Counted from the stretch's first letter, positions 39,571-50,445 are shown. The stretch is DNA of 64,000 nucleotides from Candidatus Fermentibacterota bacterium (GCA_963845085.1 CAWJQI010000001.1:32001-96000); one strand, 5' to 3'. Notes: generated by a model from the sequence alone, not told the origin. Numbers and translations are program-made.

Positions 39571-42207
39571 ATGAACAGCACCCGGCTCGGCTTCAACCTT
39601 GCAATCGCTTTGGTCCTTTTGGCTTCCGCGTCAGCCACCGCCGGCATCACCGGAACTCTCGCAGGCAGGGTGACTGACACCGGCGGTACGCCGGTGGTCG
39701 GGGCAACGGTTATCGTCGAGGGCACTCCGTTTGGTGCGATGACCGACAACAACGGCGAATACGCTGTCATTGCCCTCGACCCGGGCACCTACACGGTCAC
39801 GGCCAGGATGGTCGGCATGGAGACCCGCATCACCGACGGGGTTATCGTGGTCGCCGACCAGGTATCGAGGGTCGACTTCAGGATGGGAATAGATCCGGCC
39901 GGAAACACCGTCATCCGGGTAACACAGAGCCGGAGCAACGTGCTTCACGACCTGCCTGCAACCCTGCACATCATCGACCCCGATGAACTGCGCACCACCC
40001 CCACCGGGCGGATCATAGACATCCTCGCCTCGAAGCCGGGCGTTGTTGCGGGCAGCGGCGGGATCCATGTACGCGGTGGCAGGACGGGCGAGGTTGACTA
40101 CCTGCTCGATGGCATCTCGATGCGCTCCCCGATGAGCAACACCTTCAGCGCCGGCATTCCACTGGGCTCCATCTCGGGCGCCTCCATCATGACGGGCGGG
40201 CTCAGCGCGGAATACGGCAACGCGATGTCGGGCATCGTGAACCTGGTGGGCGACGAGGGCTCGGATGAATACCATGCCTCGGTTACCGGGGCTTACGGCG
40301 GAATGATGGGCCAGTCATCCGACGACGGTCAAAGGGTCTACATGGAGCAGAGCGACCTGGACCTCAGCCGCATCGGATGCAGGATCGCCGAAGTAAAGCT
40401 CTCCGGCCCCGAACCCTTTTCGAACACCGTGCTGCCGGCTCTCGGGCTTTCGCTCCCCGGCTCCACCACCTTCAGTTTCTCGGGAAGGGCGAACATCAGC
40501 GGGCGCGACACGCTCGACAGCAGGGGCTGGTGGGAGAACAACTGGCAGTCCGATGCATCAGGGATAATGAAGGTGACGTACAGGCCAACGCCCCGCACGA
40601 GTGTTTCAGTCTCCGGGCTATATTCATACGCGGAGAGGGGCTGGAACGAGTGGTCATGGTCGCGCTTCCATCGTCCCGGCTTCATCGAAGGCGTTCCCTA
40701 CCTCGGCAGAAGCCAGGATTATGCACTGCCCGTGCGTTTCTCGGAGAACTACGGTTTGAACGGCACTGTCAACCGTCTGATCAGCGATGAGACCAGCATC
40801 CGGCTGACATTGAGCTCACGGCGCTTCATGGACTGGCAGCGCATCCGCGCCATCGACGGCGGTTACATCGGCGAAGGGCTTCCGCCGGCCTACTGGCTGA
40901 CCCAGTTCGTGCCCGAAGCCAGACTCGCCGACTCCCTTGGCTTCTATCACACCGGAATCCATCCGAACGTCTGGCTTGACAGCAGGGCCGACGTGAACAC
41001 AGTAAAACTCGATTTCGACAGCCATCCCACGAACAGGTTCTGGTACAAATCCGGGCTTTCGGCAAGCCTTTACGACCTGTACGAGTTCAACGTCTACGCC
41101 CTCAATTACGGAGGCGTCTACGTCGCCCAGTGGGATGCCGAACCGTACTCCATGTCCGGCTTCTTCCAGGGGAATTTCAGGCTTTCCGGGGGAGTTGTGG
41201 CAACAGCCGGCTTGAGGCTCGACGGTTTCGATGCCAACAGGTCAGCATTCTCGCAGGAGGAGGGCACCGTTCGGGATGTCGAACCGAAGTGGCAGCTCAG
41301 CCCGAGGGTGGCACTGTCAGTCCCCTTCGGGGAAAGATCGGTGTTCTTCAGCACCTACGGCCACTACTTCCAGATGCCGCCCATGAGCTACCTGTTCCTT
41401 GAAAGCTCCTACAATTTCTCACAGGGAAGGGCCATCACAGGCAATCCCGATCTCGACGCCGAACGAACGAAGGCATTCGAGGTGGGCACGCGCTACATGC
41501 TCGCCGACCGGACAGAACTTTCGATGGCGGTCTACTACAAGGACATCACCGGCCTTGTCAGCACCGAGCAGCATCTCGAGGGCGCCTACTATTACTTCGA
41601 GAACGACGACAGCCATGGCATGGCCCGCGGGTTCGAGATCACTCTGGCCCGCGAGACCGGCGGGACACTCTCGGGCTACGTGTCCTACAGCATGGGAATT
41701 GCCAAGGGCAGGTTCTCGACTGCGTTCGATCCGTACAACTACGGCATCAGCGGGGTGGCGCTCTTTTCGCGGGAGGACAACTACCTCGACTGGGACCAGC
41801 TTCATACCGCAAGCGCCTCACTGGAACTTACGGGATTTGAGGGCGACGGCCCTTCCCTGGGCGGTTTCCGTCCGTTCGAGAACTCCTCGGCTGCCATCGG
41901 CTGGAATTACGGAAGCGGTCTTCCCTACACTCTCCCGCCGGACGGAGAAGAGCTTATCGACCTCAACACAGAGAGATACCCCTACACCATGCAGACCGAC
42001 ATCAGGTGCTCAAGAAGGGTTCCGCTGGGGGGATTGACCGCCGAGATCCAGCTTGCGGTGCAGAACCTTTTCAACAGGCGGGACGTTTTCAGGATCTACG
42101 ACAGCGCGCTTTTCAGAAGCACGGGTGACCCGACGGGAGAAATGGGCAACCCACGGGCATGGTCTCCCTCCCGGCTCATCATGCTCAGCGCATCGGTGGC
42201 GTTTTAG
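39571..42207 (+). CDS. TonB-dependent receptor with carboxypeptidase-regulatory-like N-terminus
   Basis: GTLAGRVTD, IHVRGGR..EVDYLLDG, GGLSAEYGNAMSG, GNPDLDAERT; C-terminal F. Confidence 0.92.
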   Translation: MNSTRLGFNLAIALVLLASASATAGITGTLAGRVTDTGGTPVVGATVIVEGTPFGAMTDNNGEYAVIALDPGTYTVTARMVGMETRITDGVIVVADQVSRVDFRMGIDPAGNTVIRVTQSRSNVLHDLPATLHIIDPDELRTTPTGRIIDILASKPGVVAGSGGIHVRGGRTGEVDYLLDGISMRSPMSNTFSAGIPLGSISGASIMTGGLSAEYGNAMSGIVNLVGDEGSDEYHASVTGAYGGMMGQSSDDGQRVYMEQSDLDLSRIGCRIAEVKLSGPEPFSNTVLPALGLSLPGSTTFSFSGRANISGRDTLDSRGWWENNWQSDASGIMKVTYRPTPRTSVSVSGLYSYAERGWNEWSWSRFHRPGFIEGVPYLGRSQDYALPVRFSENYGLNGTVNRLISDETSIRLTLSSRRFMDWQRIRAIDGGYIGEGLPPAYWLTQFVPEARLADSLGFYHTGIHPNVWLDSRADVNTVKLDFDSHPTNRFWYKSGLSASLYDLYEFNVYALNYGGVYVAQWDAEPYSMSGFFQGNFRLSGGVVATAGLRLDGFDANRSAFSQEEGTVRDVEPKWQLSPRVALSVPFGERSVFFSTYGHYFQMPPMSYLFLESSYNFSQGRAITGNPDLDAERTKAFEVGTRYMLADRTELSMAVYYKDITGLVSTEQHLEGAYYYFENDDSHGMARGFEITLARETGGTLSGYVSYSMGIAKGRFSTAFDPYNYGISGVALFSREDNYLDWDQLHTASASLELTGFEGDGPSLGGFRPFENSSAAIGWNYGSGLPYTLPPDGEELIDLNTERYPYTMQTDIRCSRRVPLGGLTAEIQLAVQNLFNRRDVFRIYDSALFRSTGDPTGEMGNPRAWSPSRLIMLSASVAF

Positions 42208-43264
42208 AAAGCAGTTCCACTGCAGCTTCAAGAACGGGGTCGATCCCTGCCGCAAAGTCTTCGGGGGTCACTGTGACAGGGATGTCGGGAGTCACCCCCA
42301 CCCCCGCGACAGCATTCATGGATGTATCGTAGATCACCACCCCGGACAGGTAGAGCAGCGTTCGGTCATTGGGGTCAACCGGGTTGTTGAGGGGAAAGGG
42401 CCTTGAAATGTCGGGCGCACCTGCAGTAATGTCGCCAACAAGGTTCACATAAGACGGAGTGGAGATCAGAAGGGCCAGCACTTCAGCGAAACCCGCCGTT
42501 CCCCTGCCCGTCAGCACGAGCACCGGCCCTGTGAACTGCCAGCCGCCCTGCCTGAAGGTATAAACCGGGTATGGTTCGTCCAGGTCGAGCCTTCCCGGCC
42601 CGTTCCTGTACTGCCTGTAGAGGCCGAGATAAGCCTGGTCCATGAACCTGCCGGAGATCTGGAGCGCATCGTAGAAACCCGAAGTGCCTGTGCAGTTTCG
42701 CAGGTCGATGATGATGCCGGAGCAGGCCTGCATCGATGAAGTGACATCGTAGAACACGGGATACAACTGGTCCTCGTCCAGCGCGTTGGTGGAAATGCAG
42801 ACGTATCCGATAGCGCTGTCGGGTGTTGCGAACCCGTAGGTGAGGCCGGAGAACGAAAGCTGGTTGCAGTTCCATTCCTGCATGTAGGCGTTCCAGACAT
42901 CACTGTCGAAATTGATGAAGTGATCCGGCCGGTATGCAGGGATCATCGTGTTGTCATGGAAAATGAATATCTGTCCGTCCGACAGGGTTGAGAAGAGGTC
43001 TGCAAGCAGGTCATTCAGCTGATCCCTGTCTGTAAGGGCCATCGCCTGGGCTCTTCTCTCCAGAAACTCCGCGTCCCAGTCGACATCCTGATGGACAACG
43101 AAGGAGGAGTAGTACTGGTCCGCCAGATTCCAGGCCAGAGTGTATTCGGAGAAAAGGGAGTCGGGCAGACCCACAGAATAGGGCTGGTGAAAGCAGGCCG
43201 TCGAAGAGAGCGACAGGACGGCCACAAGAAGAAGCACCGCAACCGGCACCCATTTTTTTGCCAT
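42185..43264 (-). CDS. S41 peptidase-like lipoprotein (paralogue 1)
   Basis: IGY, IIIDLR, VLVLTGRGTAGFAE, GVTPDI, DPVLEAA. Confidence 0.8.
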   Translation of the reverse strand: MAKKWVPVAVLLLVAVLSLSSTACFHQPYSVGLPDSLFSEYTLAWNLADQYYSSFVVHQDVDWDAEFLERRAQAMALTDRDQLNDLLADLFSTLSDGQIFIFHDNTMIPAYRPDHFINFDSDVWNAYMQEWNCNQLSFSGLTYGFATPDSAIGYVCISTNALDEDQLYPVFYDVTSSMQACSGIIIDLRNCTGTSGFYDALQISGRFMDQAYLGLYRQYRNGPGRLDLDEPYPVYTFRQGGWQFTGPVLVLTGRGTAGFAEVLALLISTPSYVNLVGDITAGAPDISRPFPLNNPVDPNDRTLLYLSGVVIYDTSMNAVAGVGVTPDIPVTVTPEDFAAGIDPVLEAAVELLSKTPPMR

Positions 43265-43366
43265 TAGTTCCTCCCTGCTGTCATCAGCCTTTCCTTTACG
43301 GTGCCGAATATGTATTATCCTGAAGTTGAAGCCAATCAGCCATTCAACAGGGAGGTCATCTTGTCC

Positions 43367-44347
43367 ATGCGTCCCGTTGCAGCCGTTTCCGCCGCCCTTC
43401 TTCTTGCTGCCTGCAACAACTTCAGCGAGTACTCATCCGCTCCGCAGGCCGGCCTGATCTTTCTCGACCCGATCACGCTTGCAGTCGAGGGAACGCTGGA
43501 CGGCGTCGAGGGCGGAACCTCCATCTGCGCAACGGGTCCGACAACGTTCTGCGTCGCGAGCAACACCGGGCGCATGTTCCTCTACGACGCGGATACAATG
43601 ACGCCCGACACCTCATTCGTCATCGGCCTTGAGCAGAGCGCGGGGTACGGTGACATGCTCTACGTCCCCTGGAAGTCAAGCATCTACATCATCGGAGCGA
43701 TGGGCAGCATACTCGAGATAGGCATTCCCGGCGGAGAGGAGAAGGCTGAACTTACGTTCGCCTCGAACCCCTCCCATCTCTCGATGAACCAGACCGCCAC
43801 ATTCCTTTACGTAACCGACCCGTCCAACCGCAGCGTATACAGGATGAGCATCTCGAGCAATGTCTTGTACAAGACTTTCGTTCTGGAAAGAACTCCTGTC
43901 GGCACAGCATGCTGCACGCGCGGTCTTGACACGCTTCTCATTGCCACCAGCGACCCGGCTGGGGTGGGGTACGTTCAACCCGTCGAGTCGGTATTCCGCA
44001 GGGAGGTGGCGTATCGGCCGACGGTCGATATCGAGGCCACGACCCCCTTTCACGGGCTGATATGCGGGCTTCACGCGAATCCCAGCGGGAGCGGTACGCT
44101 GAGCCTCGTGGATTCGCTCCAACCTTTCAGCATCGCACGGAATGTTGTTTTTCCGGGAACACCGCGGGTGCTTTACAACCACACCGACGAGCAGCGCCTG
44201 TACATCATCTCGGTCGAAGAGGTCGGAACCTTCCGCGTGATGTGCTACAACAAGGACTTCGAGCAGTTCGAGAACAGCGTGGAACTCCCGGGATACCCGG
44301 TCGACATGACCTCGGCGGGAAACCGCCTCGTGATCCTCACATACTAG
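43367..44347 (+). CDS. Beta-propeller-like lipoprotein (paralogue 1)
   Basis: Lipobox LAAC; ends PVDMTSAGNRLVILTY. Confidence 0.75.
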   Translation: MRPVAAVSAALLLAACNNFSEYSSAPQAGLIFLDPITLAVEGTLDGVEGGTSICATGPTTFCVASNTGRMFLYDADTMTPDTSFVIGLEQSAGYGDMLYVPWKSSIYIIGAMGSILEIGIPGGEEKAELTFASNPSHLSMNQTATFLYVTDPSNRSVYRMSISSNVLYKTFVLERTPVGTACCTRGLDTLLIATSDPAGVGYVQPVESVFRREVAYRPTVDIEATTPFHGLICGLHANPSGSGTLSLVDSLQPFSIARNVVFPGTPRVLYNHTDEQRLYIISVEEVGTFRVMCYNKDFEQFENSVELPGYPVDMTSAGNRLVILTY

Positions 44348-45395
44348 CGAACTGCGAAAGCGCTGCTTCCAGAACGGGGTCGATGCCTGACGCGAAGTCT
44401 TCCGGTGTCACTGTGACAGGAATGTCCGGTACGATGCCGGTTCCGGAAATCGGGTTCATCTCCGTGTCGAGCACAACGAAACCCGGAAGGTAGAGCCACA
44501 ACTCATCCGAAGGAGTATCGTTCAAGAGGTACCCGACTCCCACGTTGGGAGCGCCGAACGTGGTGTCACCCATAAGCGTGACATGATCCTGTGTCGCGAG
44601 GAACAGGGTCATCAACTCCCCGGCGCCGTCGGTACCCCTTCCAGTGAGCACAATGACGGGCACGCTGAACTGCCAGCTCCCCTGCTTTGTAACGAGTGCG
44701 GGCTGGGGTTCAGCCATGTCGAGTCGGCCGGGTCCCGAACGGAACTGCCTGTAGAAGGCCGTCTGCAAGGCTTCCTGCACGAAGCGGCCCGACGTGTAAT
44801 AGGCGCTGAGGTAATCCCCCACCCCGCCGCAGGTTCTCAGATCGAGAATAATGCCCCGGCATGTACTCACTTCGACGGTCATATAAAGAAAACTGATCCA
44901 GTCGTAACCCGATCCCATGTCCCTGATGCACAGGTAACCTATGCTTTCTTCGGGAACGATCGCATAGCCGTAGACACCTCCCGGGGCTGCCTCGTAATCC
45001 CAGTCTTCCATGTAGCCCTGCCAGACCGTCTGGTCGAAATTCTCGAAGTATCCCGGCTCATACGGCCTTGTCACCTCGCCTGTCGACCGGACAAGCATGA
45101 CCTGGCCGTCTTCGAGCACGGCGAGCATTTCCGTGATGAGGGAGTAAAGCTCCCACCTGTCCGCGAGCGAGCCCGCCTGCCCGCACCATGCCTCGAATTC
45201 CCGGTCCCAGTCGACTTCGGGAGACAGAACGAACGATGCATGATTTGCATTTGCCAGGTCCCAGGCCAGAGCGAATTCGGAATAAAGCGGGTCGGGAGTT
45301 CCCACCGAGTAGGGCGACGGAAAACAACCGGAAAACGAGGCCGCCATGAATACTGAGACCCCGGCGGAAACAATCACGGCAACGAACTTCCTCAT
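44337..45395 (-). CDS. S41 peptidase-like lipoprotein (paralogue 2)
   Basis: IGYL, IILDLR, VIVLTGRGTDGAGE, GIVPDI, DPVLEAA. Confidence 0.8.
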   Translation of the reverse strand: MRKFVAVIVSAGVSVFMAASFSGCFPSPYSVGTPDPLYSEFALAWDLANANHASFVLSPEVDWDREFEAWCGQAGSLADRWELYSLITEMLAVLEDGQVMLVRSTGEVTRPYEPGYFENFDQTVWQGYMEDWDYEAAPGGVYGYAIVPEESIGYLCIRDMGSGYDWISFLYMTVEVSTCRGIILDLRTCGGVGDYLSAYYTSGRFVQEALQTAFYRQFRSGPGRLDMAEPQPALVTKQGSWQFSVPVIVLTGRGTDGAGELMTLFLATQDHVTLMGDTTFGAPNVGVGYLLNDTPSDELWLYLPGFVVLDTEMNPISGTGIVPDIPVTVTPEDFASGIDPVLEAALSQFASM

Positions 45396-45496
45396 GGGCT
45401 TCCCCTCTGATGGTGCAGTAAGGACACATGGTGTCTTTCGTATTATACTCCGCCAATGTTGTGAGACAAAACACCCTCACTGCAATGGAGGTTCCC

Positions 45497-46486
45497 TTGA
45501 CTCGCGTGATCCCGTTCGCAGTTCTTGCAGCGGTCCTTCTTTCGGGATGCAGCAATTTCACGGAATACTCCGGAACGCCTTCCGCAGGGCTCCTTTTCGT
45601 GGATCCCGACAACCTCGAGCTTCTGGGGGCCATCGACGGCATTGAGGGGGGCAGGGCACTCTGCGCGGGCGGCGGAACTTCATTCTTCGTGACCGCCACG
45701 AGCGGCGAGTTCCATATCTGCGACTCCGGCACGATGTCCATCGACACATCATTCGTGATCGGGCCGGGAGCGAGCGCCGGATACGGGTCAATGGCCTGGA
45801 TACCCGGAAAAAACACGGTCTACGTGATAGGTGCGCTCGGAAACATACTCGAGGTGCAGCCGTCAACCGGTCTTGTGATAGACGAGATAACTGCAGGGTC
45901 ATCACCCACCTGCATGGTTCCGTCAAGAAATGTCGACTTCGTCTATGTCACCGACCCCCTGAACAACAAGGTTCATGCGATAAGAACCTCGACAAACGCT
46001 GTCCTGAAAACCTGGCTTCTCCAGGGAACCCCTACCGTGATGTGCACCAGCGCCTTTGGAAGCGATACCCTGCTCATCTCCACCAACGATTCGAAGAATG
46101 TGGCCTACATCCAGCCCGCCGATTTCGGTTCCCTGGCCAGGAAGGTCAACCTTCCCCCGGCATCCGACCTGAACGCATCTGACTCGCTCGAGCTGCTTTT
46201 CGCAGCCCACCCGGGATACGGTTATTCCTCGGGATCGGTTTCCGTTATAGATTCGCTCTTCCCGTTCAGTATAAGGAATACCATATCCGTCCCGGGAAAC
46301 CCGACATACCTTGAGGTCAACGACAACCAGATGAACCTCTTCATTCTGTCCTCCACCGAATCCGGCGATTGCACCCTGTACTGCTACGGCCTGTCCCAGT
46401 CGATACTTCTCGACAGCATCGACCTTCCCGGCACACCCGTCGACATGGTGATGGCCGGCAACCGTCTGGTCATCCTCACGTACTGA
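45497..46486 (+). CDS. Beta-propeller-like lipoprotein (paralogue 2)
   Basis: Lipobox LSGC; ends PVDMVMAGNRLVILTY. Confidence 0.75.
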   Translation: MTRVIPFAVLAAVLLSGCSNFTEYSGTPSAGLLFVDPDNLELLGAIDGIEGGRALCAGGGTSFFVTATSGEFHICDSGTMSIDTSFVIGPGASAGYGSMAWIPGKNTVYVIGALGNILEVQPSTGLVIDEITAGSSPTCMVPSRNVDFVYVTDPLNNKVHAIRTSTNAVLKTWLLQGTPTVMCTSAFGSDTLLISTNDSKNVAYIQPADFGSLARKVNLPPASDLNASDSLELLFAAHPGYGYSSGSVSVIDSLFPFSIRNTISVPGNPTYLEVNDNQMNLFILSSTESGDCTLYCYGLSQSILLDSIDLPGTPVDMVMAGNRLVILTY

Positions 46487-46487
46487 C

Positions 46488-47396
46488 ATGAGCGACGCGA
46501 TCACGCTCAACCGCCTGTCAAAGAGATACGGAAGCGTGAAGGCCCTTTCCGATGTCAGCCTGTCGATTCCCGAGGGATCGGCGATGGCTGTTCTTGGAGA
46601 GAATGGCGCCGGCAAGACCACAATGATACGCATAATCCTCGGCCTGGCTTCGCTCGACAGCGGGACGGCAAGCATCCGCGGCACTTCCGTCAGCGACCAC
46701 CTGGCCCGCAGCAATGTTCGCTACCTTCCCGAACGGGTCCAGTTTCCTGAGTGGGCCACTCCAACCGATGTATTCCGCCACATGGAGCGCATCAGAAGGG
46801 AATCCACGACCGCGGAGTTCATCGAAAGGGCCAACGAACTGGAGTGCGGCGACCTCATGAACCGGAAGTTCGGCAAGATGTCCAAGGGACAGCGCCAGCG
46901 GCTCGCCCTTGCGCTTGCAACCGCCGGCGTTCCCCAGATGGCCATTCTTGACGAACCATCCTCGGGTCTCGATCCGATGGGTCGCATCCTCGTGAGAAAG
47001 ACCGTTGCGAAGCTTGCCGGCCAGGGGGCGACGATCCTCCTCTGCTCCCATCTTCTTGGAGAGGTCGAGCAGGTCTGCAGCCACGCCGCCTTCCTGAACA
47101 GGGGGCGCCTCGTGGCCAACGACAGCCTTGAGAAGCTGTCCCGGTTCACAGGCGTGGCCGAAATAGAGACAGGTGAACCTGAAAAAATGGTCGCAGGGCT
47201 TTCTGAAAGGGGTTTCGTCTGCAGAACTGAACAGGGTGTGGCAATCGCCGCCCTCGACGATGACAAGGCCATAAACGGGCTTGCAGCGGCAGCCGCGGAA
47301 ACGGGTATTCCATTCACGGCCATCCGGATGAAGCGAGAGACTCTCGAGGACGTGTTCATGCGGGTGACGGATCGGAGCGGCGACAGTGTTTCTTAA
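46488..47396 (+). CDS. ABC transporter ATP-binding protein
   Basis: GENGAGKT, MSKGQ, ILDEP, SH. Confidence 0.93.
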   Translation: MSDAITLNRLSKRYGSVKALSDVSLSIPEGSAMAVLGENGAGKTTMIRIILGLASLDSGTASIRGTSVSDHLARSNVRYLPERVQFPEWATPTDVFRHMERIRRESTTAEFIERANELECGDLMNRKFGKMSKGQRQRLALALATAGVPQMAILDEPSSGLDPMGRILVRKTVAKLAGQGATILLCSHLLGEVEQVCSHAAFLNRGRLVANDSLEKLSRFTGVAEIETGEPEKMVAGLSERGFVCRTEQGVAIAALDDDKAINGLAAAAAETGIPFTAIRMKRETLEDVFMRVTDRSGDSVS

Positions 47397-48237
47397 CGCA
47401 CTTGAACACCTTCTCAGAAGAAAGCTGCTCACCGTGGCCCTTGTCGTATTCGCTGTGTTCATGCTGCTTTTCTGGTGGGGGCTGTCGAGTTCCGCAAAGG
47501 AAGTCAACGACTTCCAGGCTGTTGAAGGCGATGCGGTTCATAACCTGATGACATCGGAAGACAAGGCATGGATGGCCATGGCGACCTCGGGTCCCATGCT
47601 CGCCACGATCCTTATCGGCCTCACCATAATCATGGGCGCAAGCGTCCTGCCCGACGAGATCGCCTCGGGAAGGCTCTCGCTCTGGGCCAGTCTGCCACTG
47701 TCGCGGCGAAGGCTCTTTGCTGGAACCACGCTGGCCCCGCTTGCCCTTTCAACCGCGCTCGGATACGTGTTTTTCCTTTCGGCGGCCCTGCTGATACGGG
47801 CGTACTTTCCCTACGCGCCCGCCAACATCCTCGTGGCCCTGGTGGCCATGCCGATCTGGATCGCGGTCACCTGGGCGGCCGTGACAACTCTGTCGCTTGT
47901 CATGGGAAAGATCCCCGCAATGCTCGTGACATTCATACTCGGCGGTTTCAGCGCCACTATGGGGAGCATTGTCGAGCTGGGAAAGACAATCCCCGAGGTG
48001 AACGAGTCGGGCATCTACGTCGTCGCCAACACCGTTACGATGATCTTCCCGATCGACAGGGGCTATCGTGCAATACTTTCGGGCCTTCTTCCGACCCGCA
48101 GCACCATAGATGAGTTCCTGGCCCTCATGGGCTACTCGGGTGAATTCTCGACAATCGAGCTTTTGTATCCGCTCATCTGGTCAGCGCTGCTCTGCTTCCT
48201 CGGTTTCGTGATCTTCAGGAAGATGGAGATACAGTAG
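47386..48237 (+). CDS. ABC-2 type permease
   Basis: Multi-TM protein; EIASG.L...PLSR; coupled to the ATPase gene. Confidence 0.85.
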   Translation: MFLNALEHLLRRKLLTVALVVFAVFMLLFWWGLSSSAKEVNDFQAVEGDAVHNLMTSEDKAWMAMATSGPMLATILIGLTIIMGASVLPDEIASGRLSLWASLPLSRRRLFAGTTLAPLALSTALGYVFFLSAALLIRAYFPYAPANILVALVAMPIWIAVTWAAVTTLSLVMGKIPAMLVTFILGGFSATMGSIVELGKTIPEVNESGIYVVANTVTMIFPIDRGYRAILSGLLPTRSTIDEFLALMGYSGEFSTIELLYPLIWSALLCFLGFVIFRKMEIQ

Positions 48238-48286
48238 AGAGGTTGCCGGCACCCCTTTTACAGTGCTGGTGCCAGCGATCCGTTCC

Positions 48287-49825
48287 TCAGGCTGGTGTCT
48301 CCGGTTGAGGCGGGCGGTGGGTTACGGAGGGCAGTTTCGGTTCCCTGCCGGCTCCCACGGCATCGATCGCAGCGGCCAGAGTGATCATGTCTTCAAGCAG
48401 CGGCTCGATGTCCGCGGGATCAAGGTACCTGCCCCCGGTGTCCATGACATCCACGTGCCCCGGCAGAAGATGTGCCTGAACGCTTGACCAGTCCACCATA
48501 AGCCTTCCGATCTTCGGTTCCCATCTGTCGAGGAACCACCTGAACGGGGCGAGCACCTTCTTCTCCTCCTCCCGGGACTTTCTCATCCGTTCAACCGTTT
48601 CCGCAGAGGCGTAGCGGATCGGAAACAGGCCGTTGAACCCCGGATCGCCCGAAGTGAACCGCTGCATCGACTCGGGAGGGTAGCCGGGCGGATCTGTCCT
48701 GAGATAGAAAACTGATTCATCGATCCCGACCTCGACAGCGTACTCGTCGGACGGATCTATCTCGATGTCGCGGCCCCTGTATTTCTCCATAACGCTTCCG
48801 ATGCAGCCCTTGATCCCGGCACCCTCATGCTTCCAGCCGTGCCTGAGCGACAGCTCCGCTAGTGCCGTTTTGCATGCCCCGCCCATTCCAGTTCGTCCCG
48901 CGAACAGGGTGCGGACAACCATCATCACGGGGATCATGATGATGATTGCCGTGATGAAAACCGGCCCGAAGTTCGACATGAAACCCCCGCCATCGCCGCC
49001 CAGAGTGCTTATCAGGGCGATTAAGAGCGCAATAGCGGCGGCAATGCCCAAACTGGGAAGGAGAGGCCTCACCCCCCTTGTGATCATGCGCGGAGCGCTC
49101 CTTGCCTTCCATGCGGCAAGCTCCCTCTTCTCCTCCTCTTCATCCTGCAGCCTGCGCTCAGCCTGCAGCTGCTTCCTGCTCTTTCCGGAGAGGATGACGA
49201 ACCATTCCACGGCAGTCCTGACGGGGTGCATTTTTTTCCAGAGGTCGTCGGGAACGTACACTTCGGAGCTGCAGTACCCGCATTTGGTAACCCTTTCGCT
49301 CTTCGTGGAGATCGACAGTGCTCCGCTGCACTGCGGACAGCCCATTACGACGGGCGTCCGTGAGTTCTCGTCCACCGTGAGCGGTTCGCCCCCGTCCTTC
49401 TCCGGTCCCGCCTGCGTCGTCACGCAGAAGACCGCCGGGGGAACCTCCCTTGAAAGCCATTCCGGTGCGGGATAGCAGTGAACAGGGCTGCCGCACTTTT
49501 CACAGGTTGAAGCGGCGGGTTCCATGAGGTCAGGGGCAGGAAGGGGGGTTTTGCATGCGGGACATCGCGGGGAAAGCCTCCACAGGCTGTAATTGTAGGT
49601 GCCGCTGCCGCTCATGAGCGTGCCGCCCGTGCCCTCCCCTTCTGCAAGGCCTTCGTATTCCTCCTCGAAGTCGTTCAGAAGGTCACCGATGATGTCGCCG
49701 GGCACGGCCGTCTCCCTGAAACAGGCCGAACAATTGAAGCTCCGGTACGGGCCGTTCATGGGGATCGGCTGTCCGCAGCCGGCACACACGGTTCGGAGCT
49801 CAAGGCAGACTGATCTTTGCTGCAT
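48287..49825 (-). CDS. Hypothetical membrane protein with six CxxC (zinc-ribbon) motifs
   Basis: CAGC, CSAC, CPAC, CEKC, CPQC, CGYC followed by two TM helices. Confidence 0.75.
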   Translation of the reverse strand: MQQRSVCLELRTVCAGCGQPIPMNGPYRSFNCSACFRETAVPGDIIGDLLNDFEEEYEGLAEGEGTGGTLMSGSGTYNYSLWRLSPRCPACKTPLPAPDLMEPAASTCEKCGSPVHCYPAPEWLSREVPPAVFCVTTQAGPEKDGGEPLTVDENSRTPVVMGCPQCSGALSISTKSERVTKCGYCSSEVYVPDDLWKKMHPVRTAVEWFVILSGKSRKQLQAERRLQDEEEEKRELAAWKARSAPRMITRGVRPLLPSLGIAAAIALLIALISTLGGDGGGFMSNFGPVFITAIIIMIPVMMVVRTLFAGRTGMGGACKTALAELSLRHGWKHEGAGIKGCIGSVMEKYRGRDIEIDPSDEYAVEVGIDESVFYLRTDPPGYPPESMQRFTSGDPGFNGLFPIRYASAETVERMRKSREEEKKVLAPFRWFLDRWEPKIGRLMVDWSSVQAHLLPGHVDVMDTGGRYLDPADIEPLLEDMITLAAAIDAVGAGREPKLPSVTHRPPQPETPA

Positions 49826-49904
49826 CGGCCCCCCTTAGTGCTTCCTGTTCGCAGACTAAGGCCGCCGGTCACCGCGGAACACAAGGCCGGAACAGCCAGC
49901 GTGC

Positions 49905-50297
49905 TCAGGTGACCGAGACAACCGCCGTGTTGACAATGAAAACCCTGATGGTGTTGCTTTCCGAGTCCGCCGGTGTGAGGAAGAAGCCGCCGTGCGCCGG
50001 GTTGAAAACGAGGGAATAGCCCGCCATCCGCTCGCCGTCCTCGAACTCAACCATCAGCTTTTTTCCGATGGCCGGGACATCGGGATCGAAATCGTTCCTG
50101 TCCACCCTGCCGGGGTCGCCGTGAAAATCCTTCACGAAGAACACCGCTTTCAGGTCTGCGATGGCGACTTCCGTGATGTCTCTCGGGTTGTTCATGGAGA
50201 TGAGATGGAATGTTTTCTTACCGGGGGCGAAATCGTTCGCGCTCCCTTTCAGCAAACGACCGTCACGGTACCTTGCGATCAGTTTGTTTACTCCCAT
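49905..50297 (-). CDS. Conserved hypothetical protein (DUF6982-like)
   Basis: KLIARYRDGRLLKG..NDF, LKAVFFVKDF, VEFEDGE, GFFLTPAD. Confidence 0.75.
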   Translation of the reverse strand: MGVNKLIARYRDGRLLKGSANDFAPGKKTFHLISMNNPRDITEVAIADLKAVFFVKDFHGDPGRVDRNDFDPDVPAIGKKLMVEFEDGERMAGYSLVFNPAHGGFFLTPADSESNTIRVFIVNTAVVSVT

Positions 50298-50445
50298 TTT
50301 ACCCTCCGGCTGAACCAGGACAGAACAATTCAGGGCAATGATTCCCAACCATGTAAACAAAATGCCATTGAACGGCCCGGCGGTCAATGGCGGGGCCGTG
50401 GGCGGGCACACGACGACCGCCGGAACAACCCCTTGGGAAAAACGC

